Of a stretch of DNA of 64,000 nt, positions 42,530-60,207 are shown piece after piece (within the stretch, counting starts at the first letter, position 1; the number at the start of each line of letters is the position of its first letter). Under the pieces are notes generated by a model. It ran no database searches. It worked only from the letters and a program-made list of their open reading frames with translations, and was not told the DNA's origin. This DNA is from the human T2T-CHM13v2.0 reference genome, Homo sapiens. A program made the translations under genes and the position numbers. The DNA lies in NCBI RefSeq assembly GCF_009914755.1, contig NC_060937.1; one strand, given 5' to 3'.

Positions 42530-42966
42530 TATGTTATTCTGAGTTATCCAGAGAAACGAGCCAATAGTATGTATGTATGTATGTGTTATAAGACATTGGC
42601 TCATGTGGTTGTAGAGACTGAGAAGTTCCAAAATCTGCAGTTAGCAAGCCAGAGACCCACAAGAGCCAATGGTATAGTTCCAGTCCAAATCCAAGTCCAA
42701 AGGCAGAAGAAGACAGACATCTCAGCTTGAAGACAGTCAGGTAGAAACAAAGTTCTCTCTTAGTGTCTTTTTTGCTCTATTCAGGCTTACAATAGATTGG
42801 ATGTGGTCCACTCACTGTAGGCAGGGCAATGTGCTTTACTCAGTGCACTGGTACAAACGTTACTCTCATCCAGAAACACCATAACTGACATACCCAGAAT
42901 ATGTTCAACCAAATATCTGGGCACTTTGTGGCCGTTTCAAAGGGCCACATAAAATTGCTCATCACA
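42530..42966 (-). mobile_element. MLT2-type LTR
   Basis: TCCAGAGAAAC...ATTGGCTCATGTG...CAAATATCTGGGCAC...CATAAAATTGCTCATCACA. Confidence 0.85.
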
Positions 42967-43469
42967 AGTCCTAATAAAACAGCTAACAGTCAGACTTAAG
43001 CACCGTACCATTACTTTACTACTGTCTATTTGATACATCATATTGATATTAATGTAATTTTACTCGTCACAATTTTCTCCCTTTATTAATGGGTAATTAT
43101 GTCCTTTAAATAATATCATTCTTGCAATTGGAAAATTAAGCAAAAGAGGGAAATCTGTTCATCTTCTTTCCATCACAGTGTAGCTACTTTCTCCCATTAC
43201 TATTCCCATCCTGAAGCTTCTGTGACTTCCAGAGGAAGAGTCCCTTTCAGAGCACTCAAATAGATTTTCCCTTGGAACTGTACTTTATTCACTTTATTGG
43301 TATGGTCCCTTGTGTCTGAAACAGGTGAATTAAGCCTAGGACTGCCAAAAAAAAGTATCATCTTTGAAGTTCCAAAGAGAAGTGCCCTGGTCAAGGCTGT
43401 CAAACAGGAAAAGGTTTTTGTTTGGTTTTGTTTTTGGTAGGCATTGGCCACCTTTTCCTCCAGAATAGA

Positions 43470-43645
43470 GTCATGAACACAGTATTTAGGTTTTAAAGAC
43501 AAAAGACTTGGCTTCTTATAAGATCTCTGCCAATTTTTAGGTTTCTCAAGTAACTTAACCTCTCTGAACTCCATTTTTCCGTTTTATAAAAGTCTGGCAG
43601 AGTCATTGTGAAATTAAATGAGACTATGTGTGTGAAATGCCAAGT
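43470..43645 (+). mobile_element. MIR relic
   Basis: CAAGTAACTTAACCTCTCTGAACTCCATTTTTCC...TTGTGAAATTAAATGAGA. Confidence 0.7.
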
Positions 43646-43996
43646 TGTTAGAGCTTGATTCTCAAATAGCATCAGGATGGATGGTGGTGAAACATGATAT
43701 TTTAAAAGAACAGTGTTGAAGTGACTAAGGTAAAAAGATTTAGAACCTGTTTCCTCCTCTTTCTTAACTCTCCTTTTTTTTCTTACTTCTCTTTTTTCTT
43801 ATCAGGATTATTCTTTCTAATAATTCTCCTCCCTTAATTTTTCAACGTAAGATTTTTTTTTTAGTTTTTTTTGGAAGTCAGGAATGATGGCACACCTCTG
43901 TGATTCCATGACTAAATACATTACGTATCAAAAAAGGAGAAAAATCATTTTGAATAAAACCCTTAAATACAAATCTCTAGTACATCTGTCTGTCTT

Positions 43997-44379
<383 letters not shown>

Positions 44380-45037
44380 AAAATATTTACTTTTATAATG
44401 TTAGGAGAGAGCTAATCCAGGAGGGCAGTGAAGATACATGTGATCAAAACACAGAGTTGCCATCACAGGATCTTGCTAGAAATGCATGATTTCTTCAGAT
44501 TTTTCAATCAAAATATATATTTAAATTAAATCCACCAGGTGGTTCATATTCTTGTTAAACTGTAAGAAGCATGGCTGCAGAACATTTTATTGATCAAGAA
44601 GGTGCTTATCCAAAAGTCTTTCTCTGAGAATGTTTAAGATATGGCATTGCCTACTACTTTAACATCTGACATTATGAATTCAAAAGAAACTGAAGATTCT
44701 TTGATAACTTGGTTCTTCTGATTTCTACTTAAATGCAGATTCTTCTGAATTAGTCAAAGCCGTAGTGTGGAAGGGAAGAGAAACCTGAGCCAATGACACT
44801 GCTCAGTTCAAGTAACCTCTTAGATTCTTCTGGTGACCTTTCTTTCTTTCCCATTGATATGGTTTGGCTGTGTCCCCACCCAAATCTCACCTTGAATTGT
44901 AACACCCACAATTCCCATATGTTTTGCAAGGAACCTGGTGGGAGGTGATTGAATTATGGGGAGGGCCTTTCCTGCGCTGTTCTCTTGATAGTGAATGAGT
45001 CTCATGAGATCTGATGGTTTTAAAAATAGGAGTTTCC

Positions 45038-47180
<2,143 letters not shown>

Positions 47181-49010
47181 GAATACATGGACACAGGAAG
47201 GGGAATATCACACTCTGCAGACTGTTGTGGGATGGGGGGAGGGGGGAGGGATAGCATTGGGAGATATACCTAATGCTAGATGACGAGTTAGTGGGTGCAG
47301 CACACCAGCATGGCACATGTATACATATGTAACTAACCTGCACAATGTGCACATGTACCCTAAAACTTAAGGTATAATAATAAAAAAAAATAAAAAAATA
47401 AAGATATTATTTATCTTTTTTTTTTTAAAAAAAGGAGTTTCCCTGCATAAGCTCTCTCTTTGCCTTCTGTCATCCATGAAAGACATGACTTGCTTCTCCT
47501 TTTCTTCTGCATCATTGTGAAGCCTCCCCAGCCATGTGGAAATGGAAGTTCTCTTTTTCTTCCCAGTCTTGTGTAGAAATTAAACCTCTTTTTATTCACA
47601 GTCTTGGGTATGTCTTTATCAGCAGCTAACTAATACACCTATCCACCCTAATTTTTGTTCCAAACATCCCAAACAGTTCCCAAGCATGCTTTCTCTAATT
47701 AGATCTTCTATCAGCCGCTGTCACAAGTAAAGTTATGACTTTCCCCATTTTATCATTATGATTATTATTTGAAGACATTATGCTTTCTTAATATAATATC
47801 ACATATCAGTAAGGTGACCTGGGAAATGTTAGAGAATTAGTCATATACCTGTATATCTAGAAAGAAATCACATAGATCTTACCAGCTGCACCTACCGTAC
47901 AAAATAGCTTCATGTTATGCCCAAAATAGAAGAAAATAGAAGTGATAGTTCAGATAAAGTTTATTTTGATGGTCAAGTACAAAGATTATTCTAAAGAATT
48001 TTTTTTTTTTATCTTTTGCTTGGTTCTGCTTCCAGACCTAATTTCCACTGGAACCATTTATCTGAGTAGTGAGCAGAGTTTAAGCAGAGCTCTCTTAAAC
48101 AGATAAATTCTGATTACTGTTTAGTTTAGAATGGCAGTGGTTTCAGGATGTCATATCTACACTTTTATCTCTAGCTATCTTTTTAAAGTAAGTGAAGAAA
48201 GGCTAAAGGTAAATTAAAATAATAGCCAAGAAACTGGGCTAGTGCATAGTTTTAGAAATAAGGATGACTAAAATACTTTTAATAAAATATTGTATAAATT
48301 CTGATATTCTTATGTAATTGACTCTTGGGTTTTCTAAACAATTATACCTGTCATTTTAATTTTTATTATATAAAATATGTTCAGATGTACTTAAACTTGT
48401 CTAGCAAAATAGGGACATTAAAGGATAAGTTGGGCTGTAAAAATGTGCATTTTTAAAATGTTCATTTTTTACTGATATATTCTTTGGAATGTTTACCAAA
48501 ATGTAAGATTTTTTTTCTTTCCTACAGCCAAAATGTTCATATTGAAACATGTTCTATTTTATCTCATACTAGTCTGCAAGAGGAGCTTTGCAATATGAGA
48601 AATTCAAAGAAACTTACGAGCAGGGCTTCATTATTATAGGTATCATTTCAGTTCATTACACCTAAGGGAACCCTGGATTATCAGAACTACCTATATTAGT
48701 GAATAGTTTAGTGGCAAGAGAAATCAGAATGTAATTATTTAAACCTATTTTTTTCTTGCAAGAAAATAACTTTAATCTTGCAAAAAAAAATCTACAAAAG
48801 AACAAAGTTTCAGGTTTCAAATCACACTTAAAGGTCTACCTAATAATGACTCTTACCAAGTTATTGTATATCCTGTCATTTTTCTTATCTATGCAGTTGC
48901 ATATGTGCATGTATAGAAAAATATGTAGCACGGTTTGTACTTTAAAAAAATTACAAAATGGTATCACACTGTTTTCATTGTTTTTTATTTCATCCTTATG
49001 ATAAATTCCT

Positions 49011-49066
49011 ACACACACAAAGACACACACACACACGACACACACACACACACACACACACACACA
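49011..49066. repeat. Interrupted (CA)n microsatellite
   Basis: Seen directly. Confidence 0.95.
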
Positions 49067-51168
49067 ACATGAACCTGAACAGTTCAAGTGGAAATTTTAG
49101 AATACGTTTAAAATTGTCAAAGGCTGAATCCTTCTTTAGTGTTCATCAATATCACACATATTTAGGAAAAAATATAATATTTGATTTAAAACAGGGATTA
49201 GGTGTTACATAATTAATATTTTAACATAAAGTTAAGTAACTAGATTTTTAAAAATATGTTATTTATGCTGTCAAATAACATTTTATTAGTGGGCTATTTA
49301 AATTACCATAGTTTGCCCACAGAATAATATTTAAACATATATTTTTGTATTTCTTCTGATTTTTGTTTTCTTTCACTCTGTAACCCCATTCATAGTAATT
49401 TTGTATTGCTGCCTACTCTTATACAAACATATATCCCCTTCCCTCTAGGACTTATGCCACAATTTGTAGAACTTAAATATATTATATTTTATTATTATGG
49501 CACCCAGCAGGGATTCTTTGGAATACTTTTATAGATTAATAAAAGCATTCTTCATCAAGCTACCATCTGCTAACTTGTCAATTTTATCTTGCCTATGCAC
49601 AATGAAATACTACAGGGCTTGTAAAATCTGCTTAATAATAGAATCGATTTAGGCCTAGAATCATTATGCTTTTTAAATTTATTTTTCTTATCATGTTCAT
49701 GGGAGTCAGTAATAGTGTTCACTCTTAGGGACTTAAAGAAACACATGAAAAGTGAGCACAGGCATATCACACTACTACATTTTTCCCTTCCTTTAGGTGC
49801 TCTATAACTGTTAAAATTTCTTCATAGTTTTGGATATGGCTGTTTAATATAGGTCAATTCAATATGGCATCTTAAGTTCCATTAGGCAAATTCGATTGCT
49901 CCTCTACTAAAATGAAAATCTATATCAATATTTTTGTTTAACATGCTGAAAATTGTTGTCACCAAATATTTTGTATTATAATCAAATACTTAGTTTTATA
50001 TATGTGTGGATATCAGCAAGAAAGTTTAATATAGTTTAACAATACTTGTGTAAGTCAGACTTCTTAATTAATTATTATCAGAAAATCATTAGCAACTTAC
50101 AAAAGTAAATTTACTGAAAATACAGTTTTGAGTAGTTGTATTTTGGAACATTCTTTTTTGCTTTATATTTTGCTCTTTTCCATATATTTATCTAACAAAT
50201 ATCTAGGTTAGTATTTTCTTTTAGCATGACTATATTTTCTTGGTAATTTTTAAAAAATTACTGTTAATTCTTTACATCAAGGGATAGGCACAAACATTAT
50301 CTAATTTAGACAGAAAAAAAGAAATCAGCTTATGCAGAACATAGATGTAAGTAATACTGTTTTTCTAAATTAATATTATATTGGTATCAAAATGTAGCTT
50401 ATTCATGAAATACACAGACGTGTTGTTTAGAATTTTTTTTAACTTTTATTTTAGGTTCAGGGGTACAAGCGAACGTTTGTTACATAGATTAACTCGTGTC
50501 ACGGGGGTTTGTTGTACAGATTATTTCATCACCCAGGTATTAAGCCCAGAACTCAGTAGTTATCTTTTCTCCTCCTCTCACTTCTCCCATCTTCCACCCT
50601 CAAGTAGACCCCCGTGTCTGTTGTTTTCTCCTTTGTGTTCATAAGTTCTCATCATTTAGCTCCCAATTATAACTGAGAATATGCAGTATTTGCTTTTCTG
50701 TTCCTGTGTTAGTTTGCTAATAATAATGGCCTCCAGCTCCATCCATTTTTTTCACAAAAGACATGATCTTGTTTGTTTTTATGACTGCATAGTATTTCAT
50801 GGTGTATATATACTACATTTTCTTTATCCAATCTGTCGTCAATGGACATTTAGGTTGATTCCATGTCTTTGCTATTGTGAATAGTACTGCAATGAACATA
50901 TGCATGCATATATTCAGAACAAATATTTATTTGGGTGCATAACCAGTAATGGGAATGCCGGATCAAATGATACTTCCACTCTCAGCTCTTTGAGGAATCA
51001 CCATACTGCTTTCCACAATAGTTGAACTAATTTACACTCCCACCAACAGCATGTAACTCTTTCCTTTTCTCTGCAACGTCACCATTATCTGTTACTTTTT
51101 CACTTTTTAATAATAGCTATTCTGACTGCTATGAAATGTATATCTGTGTGGTTCTGATTTGCATTTCT

Positions 51169-51475
<307 letters not shown>

Positions 51476-51517
51476 TAATGACAAATAATCCTTTTAGCCA
51501 AGGGTTCAAAACTTCTC

Positions 51518-51681
51518 GGATTACAGGCCCTTGCCACCACTCCCAGCTAATTTTTGTATTTTTAGTAGAGATGGAGTTTCACCATGTTGGTCAGACTGGT
51601 CTTGAACTCCTGACCTCATGATCCACCTGCCTTGGCCTCCCAAGGTGCTGGGATTATAGGCGTGAGCCACCATGCCTGGCC
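51518..51681 (-). mobile_element. Alu 5' half (left monomer plus start of right monomer)
   Basis: GGATTACAGG...CCTGGCC; its 3' part is absent. Confidence 0.92.
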
Positions 51682-53264
51682 AATTTGCATTTCTCTGAGG
51701 ATCAGCAATATTGAGCTTTTTCAGTATGCTTGTTGGTTGCATGTATGTCTTCCTTTGGAAAGTGTCTGTTCTTATACTTTGCCCACTTTTTAATGGGGTT
51801 GCTTTTTTTCTTGTAAAGTTCTTTAAGTTCTTTATAGATGCTGGATATTAGACCTTTGTCAGATGTATAGATTGCAAAAATTTTCTCCCATTCTGTAGGT
51901 TGTCTGTTTATTCTGTTGATAGTTTCTTTTGCTGTACAGAATCACTTAAGTTTACTTAGATCCCAATTGTCCATTTTTGCTTTGGTCCCAATTGCTTTTG
52001 GCATATTTGTTATGAAATCTCCCATTCCTATGTCCAGAATGGTATTGCTTAGGTTGTCTTCCAGGGATTTTATACTTTTGGATTTTGTGTTTAAGGTGTT
52101 TATCTATCTTGAGTTTATTTCTGTATATGGTCTAAGGAAGAATTCCAGCTTCAATCTTCTGCATGTGGGTAGCCAGATATCCCATCACCATTTATTGAAT
52201 AAGGAGTCTTTTCTTCATTGCTTGTTTTTTTCAGCTCTGTTGAAGCTCAGATGATCATAAGTGTGTGGCCTTATTTCTGGGCTCTCTATTCTGTTCTGTT
52301 TTTCTATGTGACTGTTTTTACCAGTACCATGTTCTTTTGGTTATTGTAGCCCTGTAGTATAGTTTGAAGTCATGTAATGTGATGCCTCCAGATTTGTTTG
52401 TTTTGCTTGTGATTGCTTTGGCTATTTGGGCACTTTTTTGGTTTCATATGAATTTTAAGATAGCTTTTTCTAGTTCTATGAAGAATGTCATTGGTGATGT
52501 GATAGGAATAGCATTAAATATATAAATTGCTTTGGGTACCATGGGCCATTTTAATAATATTGATTCTTCTTTCCTATTCATGAGCATGGGATGTTTTTCC
52601 ATTTATTTGTGTCTTTTCTGATTTTTTTATAATCAGTGTTTTGTAGTTTTCCTTGTAGACATCTTTCACTTTCCTGGTTAGCTGTATTCCTAGGTATTTC
52701 ATCCTTTTTGTGGCAATTGTGGCTAGGATTGCCTTTCCGATTTGGATCCTGGCTTGGCTGTTTTTGATATATAAAAATGCTCATAATTGTTTTTCATTGA
52801 TTTTGTATCCTGAAACTTTGCTGAAGTTGTTTATCAGCTTAAGGAGCTGTTGGGATGGGACCATGGGTTTTCTAGATGTAGAATCATGTCATCTGCAAAC
52901 AGAGATAGTGTGACTTCCTCTCTTCCTATGTGATGCTCCTTATTTCTCTATTTTGCTTGATTACTCTGGCTAGGATTTCCAATACTACGTTGAATAAGAG
53001 GAGTCATGAGAGAGGATATCCTTTTCTTCTGCCACTTTTAAAGAAGCTTATCAACACAATTAGAAATGATTAAGGGAATGTTATTATTGGCCCCACAGAA
53101 ATAAAAATAACCATCAAAAACTACTGTGAACACAAACTAGAAACCTAGAAAAGATCAACAAATTTCTGGAGACATACACCCTCCCAAGACTGAACCAGGA
53201 AGAAATTAATTCACTGAACAGACAAATACTGAGCTCCAAAACTGAATCAGTAATAAATAGCCTA

Positions 53265-53265
<1 letters not shown>

Positions 53266-53313
<48 letters not shown>
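53266..53313 (+). repeat. Pure A48 homopolymer inside L1 ORF2 sequence
   Basis: Counted directly. Confidence 0.95.
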
Positions 53314-53315
<2 letters not shown>

Positions 53316-55867
53316 AGGACTTGATGGATTCACAGCTGAATTCTACAAGAAACTATTCCAAATATTGAGAAGGAGGGAGTCCTCCCCAGCTCACCCTATG
53401 AGGCCAGCATTATCCTGTTACCAAAACCTGGCAGAAACACAATAAAGAAAAGAAAACTTCAAGCCAATATTCTTGATGAACATTGATTAAAAAATTCTCA
53501 ACAGAATATTAATACTTGCAAAGAGAATCTAGCAGATCATGAAACAGCAAATCCACCATGATCAAGCAGGCTTTATTCTCAGGATGCAAGGTTAGTTCAA
53601 TATATGCAAATCAATAAATGTGATTCATTACAGAAACAGAACTAAAAACAAAAACCACATAATTATCTCAAAGATGCAGCAAAGGCTTTCAATAAAATTC
53701 CACACCCCATCATGTTAAAAACTCTTAATAAACTAGGTAATGAAGGAATATACCTCAAAATAATAGAGCCATCTATGACAAACCCGCAGCCAACACTATA
53801 CTGAACTGGCAAAAGCTGGCAGCATTTCCCTTGAAAACTGGCCCTAGAATGTTTTTGAAAACTAAGTAGTTTTTAACACAGCTACACATCTGTTCTTTGG
53901 CCCCATCACTAAAAATTTAAGTAGCATAAAATCATGTTAAAATGTTGTAAATTGCATTGTTTGTCTATTGTCTAAATTCTTTTGGTGGCATTCTAGCAAA
54001 ATCGTTTTAGATCATAGCTATTTTTTAACACATATTTTTCAGAAATAAAATCATAATTAAAAGATTTATTATATTTTATTAAAAACTATAAAATATCCAT
54101 GTATTTAGATGATGAAAAATAAATAGTGTTTAAAACTTGATCTGAAATCATTCTTGTTTGTCAAAAATACCTATAATTCAATCACTGAAGAATAAATAAG
54201 TATAGTTTAAAATTTGAAATGTTACTGAATGTCTATGAGATTCTAGGAGGGGGCGAAGTTGATGAAATAATTTGGTAAGATATTTGAAATAAAGCAATGC
54301 TATTATTATTTTATTTAATTGGTCTTAATTAATTACCATCAAACATGATCTCTTTTTTAATGTATAGAAAATAATTACTATAGCATCGAAACTCTGCATC
54401 TTTTCACTACAACAGATAATCTGTCTTTTCAAACAATTCCTATTTATACACCTTCATACATTCATGATTAACCCCTTCTTACTTCACATTGAGATAGCTT
54501 TGTCGTATATCTAAATGTTTTTCCAAATATATCACAGAAACATTCGTCTGAGGAACTGTATGTGTGTGTATGCGTTACAAGAGACGGGTGTGTGATGTGT
54601 TCTTGCCACAACTTGTAGCAATATTATCATCACATTTATATTCATTGCTGATGTGCACCAGAGGGAACAGGTTACCTAGGATAATCAGTAAGGCACACCA
54701 AAGAGACCAGCTTTCAAACTGTCAACAAATCTCAAAGAACCAAAGGGTATCAAAATATGTGTTCTGTTAATGTGGAGGTCGTTTCCTATAAAATTGAGGG
54801 AACTTGATATAGAGGTGGATTTACAGCTAAATATGAACATGAAGGATCAAGGAAGTTACTTCTTTTCCCATTTGCTATTCCCTGTTGACAGACAGCATGG
54901 TATTATAGTTGTTATAACAGGTATTATGGAATTTCGAGTTTAGGATTAAAACTAAAATTGGCTTCCGTTCACGACTCTGTAATTATTAACTGTAAGATAA
55001 TACTGCTCTGATTTCATTTTCCTTATTACAAAAATAGCACATTTTTTGTGTGCTGCAAATCAGCTGATGTATGTGAAATTGCCTAATGAAGAATGCATTA
55101 GTTCACTGCTTCTCCAGCATTTTTCTAAATTAATACTTTATAGAGGATAGTAAAGATGTATTGGAATTTGTATCACAAAACGTTTTACCAGGAGTTTGAT
55201 ATTTTTCTACATATTGTATTTTACACTGCAATATCTCTGATCAAGGTGATATTTAAATGAATTTCTATTTCTTGCTTTAGAATAAGTTTCTTTCTGGAAT
55301 CTGTGATAAACATAAAACTTATTATTTAATTTGCCTACTTTAAACTAGATGCTGTCCTTACTCTCATTTATCCAATGCTAAAACTAACACTAAACAAAAA
55401 AACATTTCAAGTTTCACACAGACAATAAGTGGTAGAGGCCCAATTTTGAGAAACATATGTTTTTCTGATTTCAGATATAAACATACAGCATATGGGACTG
55501 AAAAAAATATTCTTACAGTTTTTGTAAAAGCATAAAATATAATGAGAATGTTCATATCTACCTGCCAGAAATTTTTACTTCTTTTTGACCCATAAAACTA
55601 GTCCTTCAGATTTTGCTTCCACTCACCAGTTATAGTCACCCATTCTTGTATTGCTTCCATCTCAATAATGATGAGGTTAAAATCTCTGAAATTTCTAAAG
55701 GAAAATTATGTCTACTAGTAATGTCCTTCTGAGTCCTAGAATTTCATTTGTTCTGATTTGTTGTCTTTACTTTTCTCCAGACATTTTTGCCTCAGTTATA
55801 TGCCTTGTCAGCCTGCTGATGCTATTAATGTCTGGCTAATGATTCTTTCTTTAAAAACAAAATCTGA

Positions 55868-56211
<344 letters not shown>

Positions 56212-56445
56212 CTACATGCATATGACACAAATCAAATTGGTCTGATGAACATAACATGAAACGTAAAATCTTACTGTTCACCACATCCCATTTTGCTTTC
56301 CAGAAATTATTACTGCTATTCTTGTTGTTTATAGTAATGAGAAAAACTTCTGTCTTAGGTAATGTATCTGTCTCTGTTAACAATTAAAGAGTTAACCATA
56401 AAATGCATGAAGTGGTATGCTGACAATGCTTATCTATTTTGTTTA

Positions 56446-56880
56446 AATTTTTTTTCATAGGTTTTTGGGGAACAGGTGGTATTTGGCTATACAAGTAAGT
56501 TCTTTAGTGGTGATTTGTGAGATTTTGGTGCACCCATCCACTGAGCTGTATACACTGAATCTATTTTGTAGTCTTTTATTCCTCACCCCCTTTCCACCCT
56601 TTCTCCTCGAGTCCCTAAAGTCCATTGTATCATTTTTATGCCTTTGCATCCTATAGCTTAGCTCCCACGTATGAATGAGAACATAGGATGTTAGGTTTTT
56701 CATTCCTGAGTCACTTAGCTTATGATAAGAGTCTCCAATCCCATCCAGGTTGCTGTGAATGCCATTAATTAATGTCTTTTTATGTCTGAGTACTATTCCA
56801 TCTTACATATCTACCACAGTTTCTTTATCCACTCATTGATTGATGGGCATTTGGGCTGGTTCCATATTTTTGCAATTGTG
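56446..56880 (-). mobile_element. L1PB-type 3' end
   Basis: CATAGGTTTTTGGGGAACAGGTGGTATTTGG...TGAGATTTTGGTGCACCCATC. Confidence 0.9.
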
Positions 56881-59798
56881 CAATTATTAACTATTTCAAA
56901 TTGCCATCTCCAATGTCAGCTCTAATCTGTTGTGTCAGAATCCTCCAAATGACAATAAACTTAAAAAATAGAGACATATTTCTGTTTCTCCCTGTCTCTC
57001 TTTTACATGAGGGCAATATGCTGATGATAGAGTGGATTTTGCTTGATATGATATATACAGTTTCAAATAACAGTTTGAGAAACAAGGAAAAAGACAAATG
57101 CCGATGGCTTAGCAATTAATGTCAAAATATACAAGAAAAAAGTAACCAGGTAAACAAGTTATTAGAGGACCAAGTAAGATGACTGGCCAAAATCTAGACA
57201 AATAATCAGAATTCAATTTCTCATTTTAAAAGTATGAACTGATGATTTTCTCTTTATTTAAGTGTGTGTTCTTGAACTATCTTTTCTTTAATGGAGTATC
57301 ATCTAGTCCCCCTTCTTAAGTTTGTTGATGTGGAAATGCTATAAAGGGAAGGAAAGGGGACAGGAGCAAAGAGACAGCTCAGCAGCATAGCTAGCTGACA
57401 AAGTAAAAAGATCAGCCTTGTGTCCCACTGAATTGAGTTTGATATGACAGTGTTATTCTTGTGGGTTTTTTCCTGTCAATAGAGTAGACTATGGAAGGTG
57501 ATCAAGGTAAATAGGTACAACAGACAAATATATGTTACCCACAGTTTTTCATCTTTATAAGGTACTAAAACATCCTATATGGTGATTACTCTTTTCTCAA
57601 GTTCTTTTTATAACGGACATAGTCCATATTTTTTGTTTTGTGTTATATTGTTTCATTTATGTTTGCTCTTTTGGCTCTCTCTTAGGTGAGATTTGGAGAG
57701 CAAATGAGAAAAAATAAATTAATTGTCTACTATGTTAATGAAATAACCTGATATCTGATCATTTCCTTGTGTTTTGATCATCTGTCTTGTCTTGTTCTCT
57801 ATTTTTTTTCTTGTATTTGTAAACTATTTACTTACTTGATGGTGAAGTATTAGAATTACTTTTTGGTGACCATAACACAATTGTAATTCTTTTTTGCTTT
57901 TTACTTGACATTTTCTCTTTTAATTGTTTTGCTGATTTTTTGTAAATCCATGTCCATCTTAATGCCAACTCCTCAGTTCTTCCTTGGCCAAAATTGTTAG
58001 ATATCTTAGATTGTGTTGAGTATTTCCCTTATTTATTCTGATGAAATATCTTGCTGTCAAAACTGTGCTAACACTCATAATCCAAGGGCTAACAAACTGA
58101 AGAAAAACAAAACAAAACAAAAAAACCCATAATATTCTGTCAGATGAATATAACTCAATTACTGCTCCAAATTGGTGAAACATAATTTAAAATGCATTTT
58201 AATGATTCCTACATTGTAAACATATTTTGAATTAATATATAGTAATTTTCCTGTAACTGAGAAGTTTATGAACTGCCTGGTCACATGATAAACTGTAAAA
58301 CAAAGTCATTTAATAATTGAAGAAAGTTATTGCAAAGCACGACATGCATGAATCACTTTCTTACAATAATACTTGGAATGTAGCCTGTAGTTAAAGGCAC
58401 ATTCAAATTTATTTTTAAAATCATAAATTGCAGTTACATTAATATACAGCTTCTTAAACTATTTAGTAATGACCTGATCAGGATAAATTAGGTCATTTTC
58501 TGGGAACTAATATTATACTGTTCATTGAACACATTACAGATTTTATTGGATTAAATGAAGTAATACCAACACTTTCACCCTTTAATGTATTTATAATTTA
58601 AGTGAAATATTCAAATCATACAACATAATTTACTATATATTTTATTTTGCACCCATCCGTATGCCAAGAACTACTCTAGGTAATAGCGGTGATAGAATGA
58701 TGCATACAACATTGTCTTGACCTCCAGGAAAGGGACAAAAATTGTTGCAGGAGATAAACACACATAAGTGACTACAATGTAGCAGGCTGTGATAGCGCAA
58801 TAGACTCCAGTATGAAAAAATAATTTTTTGGGTAAAACATAGAGCAAGCAAAGAAAGAAAATATGTTTTATCCTGACATTAGGCTGAAACTGTGCCCAGT
58901 AACCAAAGAAACTGCAGAGTCTGACTCTAGAAATGCAACCCAGGGAATATCTAAGGAACATGTAATAGTTAGCACTCTTCTGAATAAAAGTAACAGAAAG
59001 TAAGCTAGGCTAGCCTAGGTTTAAATAGGAATTTGTTGTAACATACTGGAATATCTCACAGAACCCAACAACAGAAATCCTACTAGGTCTCAACAACCAG
59101 TTGGAATTAGGGATTCTTATGTCAACAAGTCTCTTGTTCCCTCTGGTCTCTGCTTACCTTTGTAAGAATGCTAATTGAATGTATTATCTTTGCAAAAATT
59201 GGCCTTTTCCTTTGTGTTTCACCTGGCTGGGCCTGTATATTGATGGACTGTTATTTTTAAATGTTAGAATTTCAACTACCATTAGAAGTACAGGTCTTAC
59301 TTTCTAGTTCTGTTTTCTAACATTTCTAGGAAAAGACTGATTGGCACAACTTGCCCGATTCTGTGAACTGGTGAGCAGTTGTAGATTTTGCTCCATTAGC
59401 AATATGAGAAACAGCTGCAGTCAAGTAGGTGGTATGAAGAGGACATTTTCTAGAATTTAAATGCTTGAGGGATTCTATACATGTACTTTAGAAGATTAAT
59501 AAGTCTGCTTAATAATTCTTAAAATGGTTAGCTCTGAGGTTTCTATTTGAGGGATTACTTAGGAGTCAGTTATTATCAGAATTCATAAATCTGAATATAA
59601 ATAGCTAACAACTATCACGAAGTTATGGAGCTAAGCCTAAACTCCAGTGATAAGACCTGGCAAAAATAAATAAACACAGCAGGACCCAAGCCACTGCATA
59701 ATTTTCAGAGCCACCTTTCAATTGGAGAGGAAAAAGGAACCTAACAAAGTAATTGAAAATAATTTTCTAAATGTGGAAAGAGACAATGCCTTGAACAC

Positions 59799-60207
59799 TG
59801 ATATAGTTTGAATATTTGTCCCTTCCCAATTTCATATTGCATTGTACTCTCCAATGCTAGAGGTGGGGCTTGGTGGGAGGTGCTTTGATCATGTGGGTGG
59901 ATCCCTCATGGCTTGGTAATTGTCTTCATGATAGTGAGTTCTAGTGAGATCCGGTAATTTAAAAGTATGTGGCATCTCCTACTCCCCATACTCTTTCACT
60001 TGCTCCTGCTTTTGCCATGTGATAGGCCTGTTCCCCCTTCTTCATCCACCATGATTGTAAGCTTCCTGAGGCCTACTTAGAAGTCAAGCAGATGCTAGCA
60101 CACTGCTTTCTGTATAGTCTGCAAAATCATCAGCCAATTAAACCTCTTTTCTTTAATTACCCATTCTCAGGTATTTCTTTAGAGCAATGCGAGAATGGCA
60201 TAATACA
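59799..60207 (+). mobile_element. MST-type MaLR solo LTR
   Basis: TGATATAGTTTG start; CCATGATTGTAAGCTTCCTGAGGCC; TAATACA end; flanks AACAC and AATAC. Confidence 0.9.

Noticed and set aside
43200-43574. 124-aa minus-strand ORF
   Set aside because: Starts in a MIR relic, has no recognisable motif, and its length is compatible with chance.
48505-48650. Strong-looking splice acceptor TTTTTTCTTTCCTACAG as a possible exon start
   Set aside because: No convincing donor or coding frame; such motifs are common by chance in T-rich DNA. A non-coding exon cannot be excluded without RNA data.
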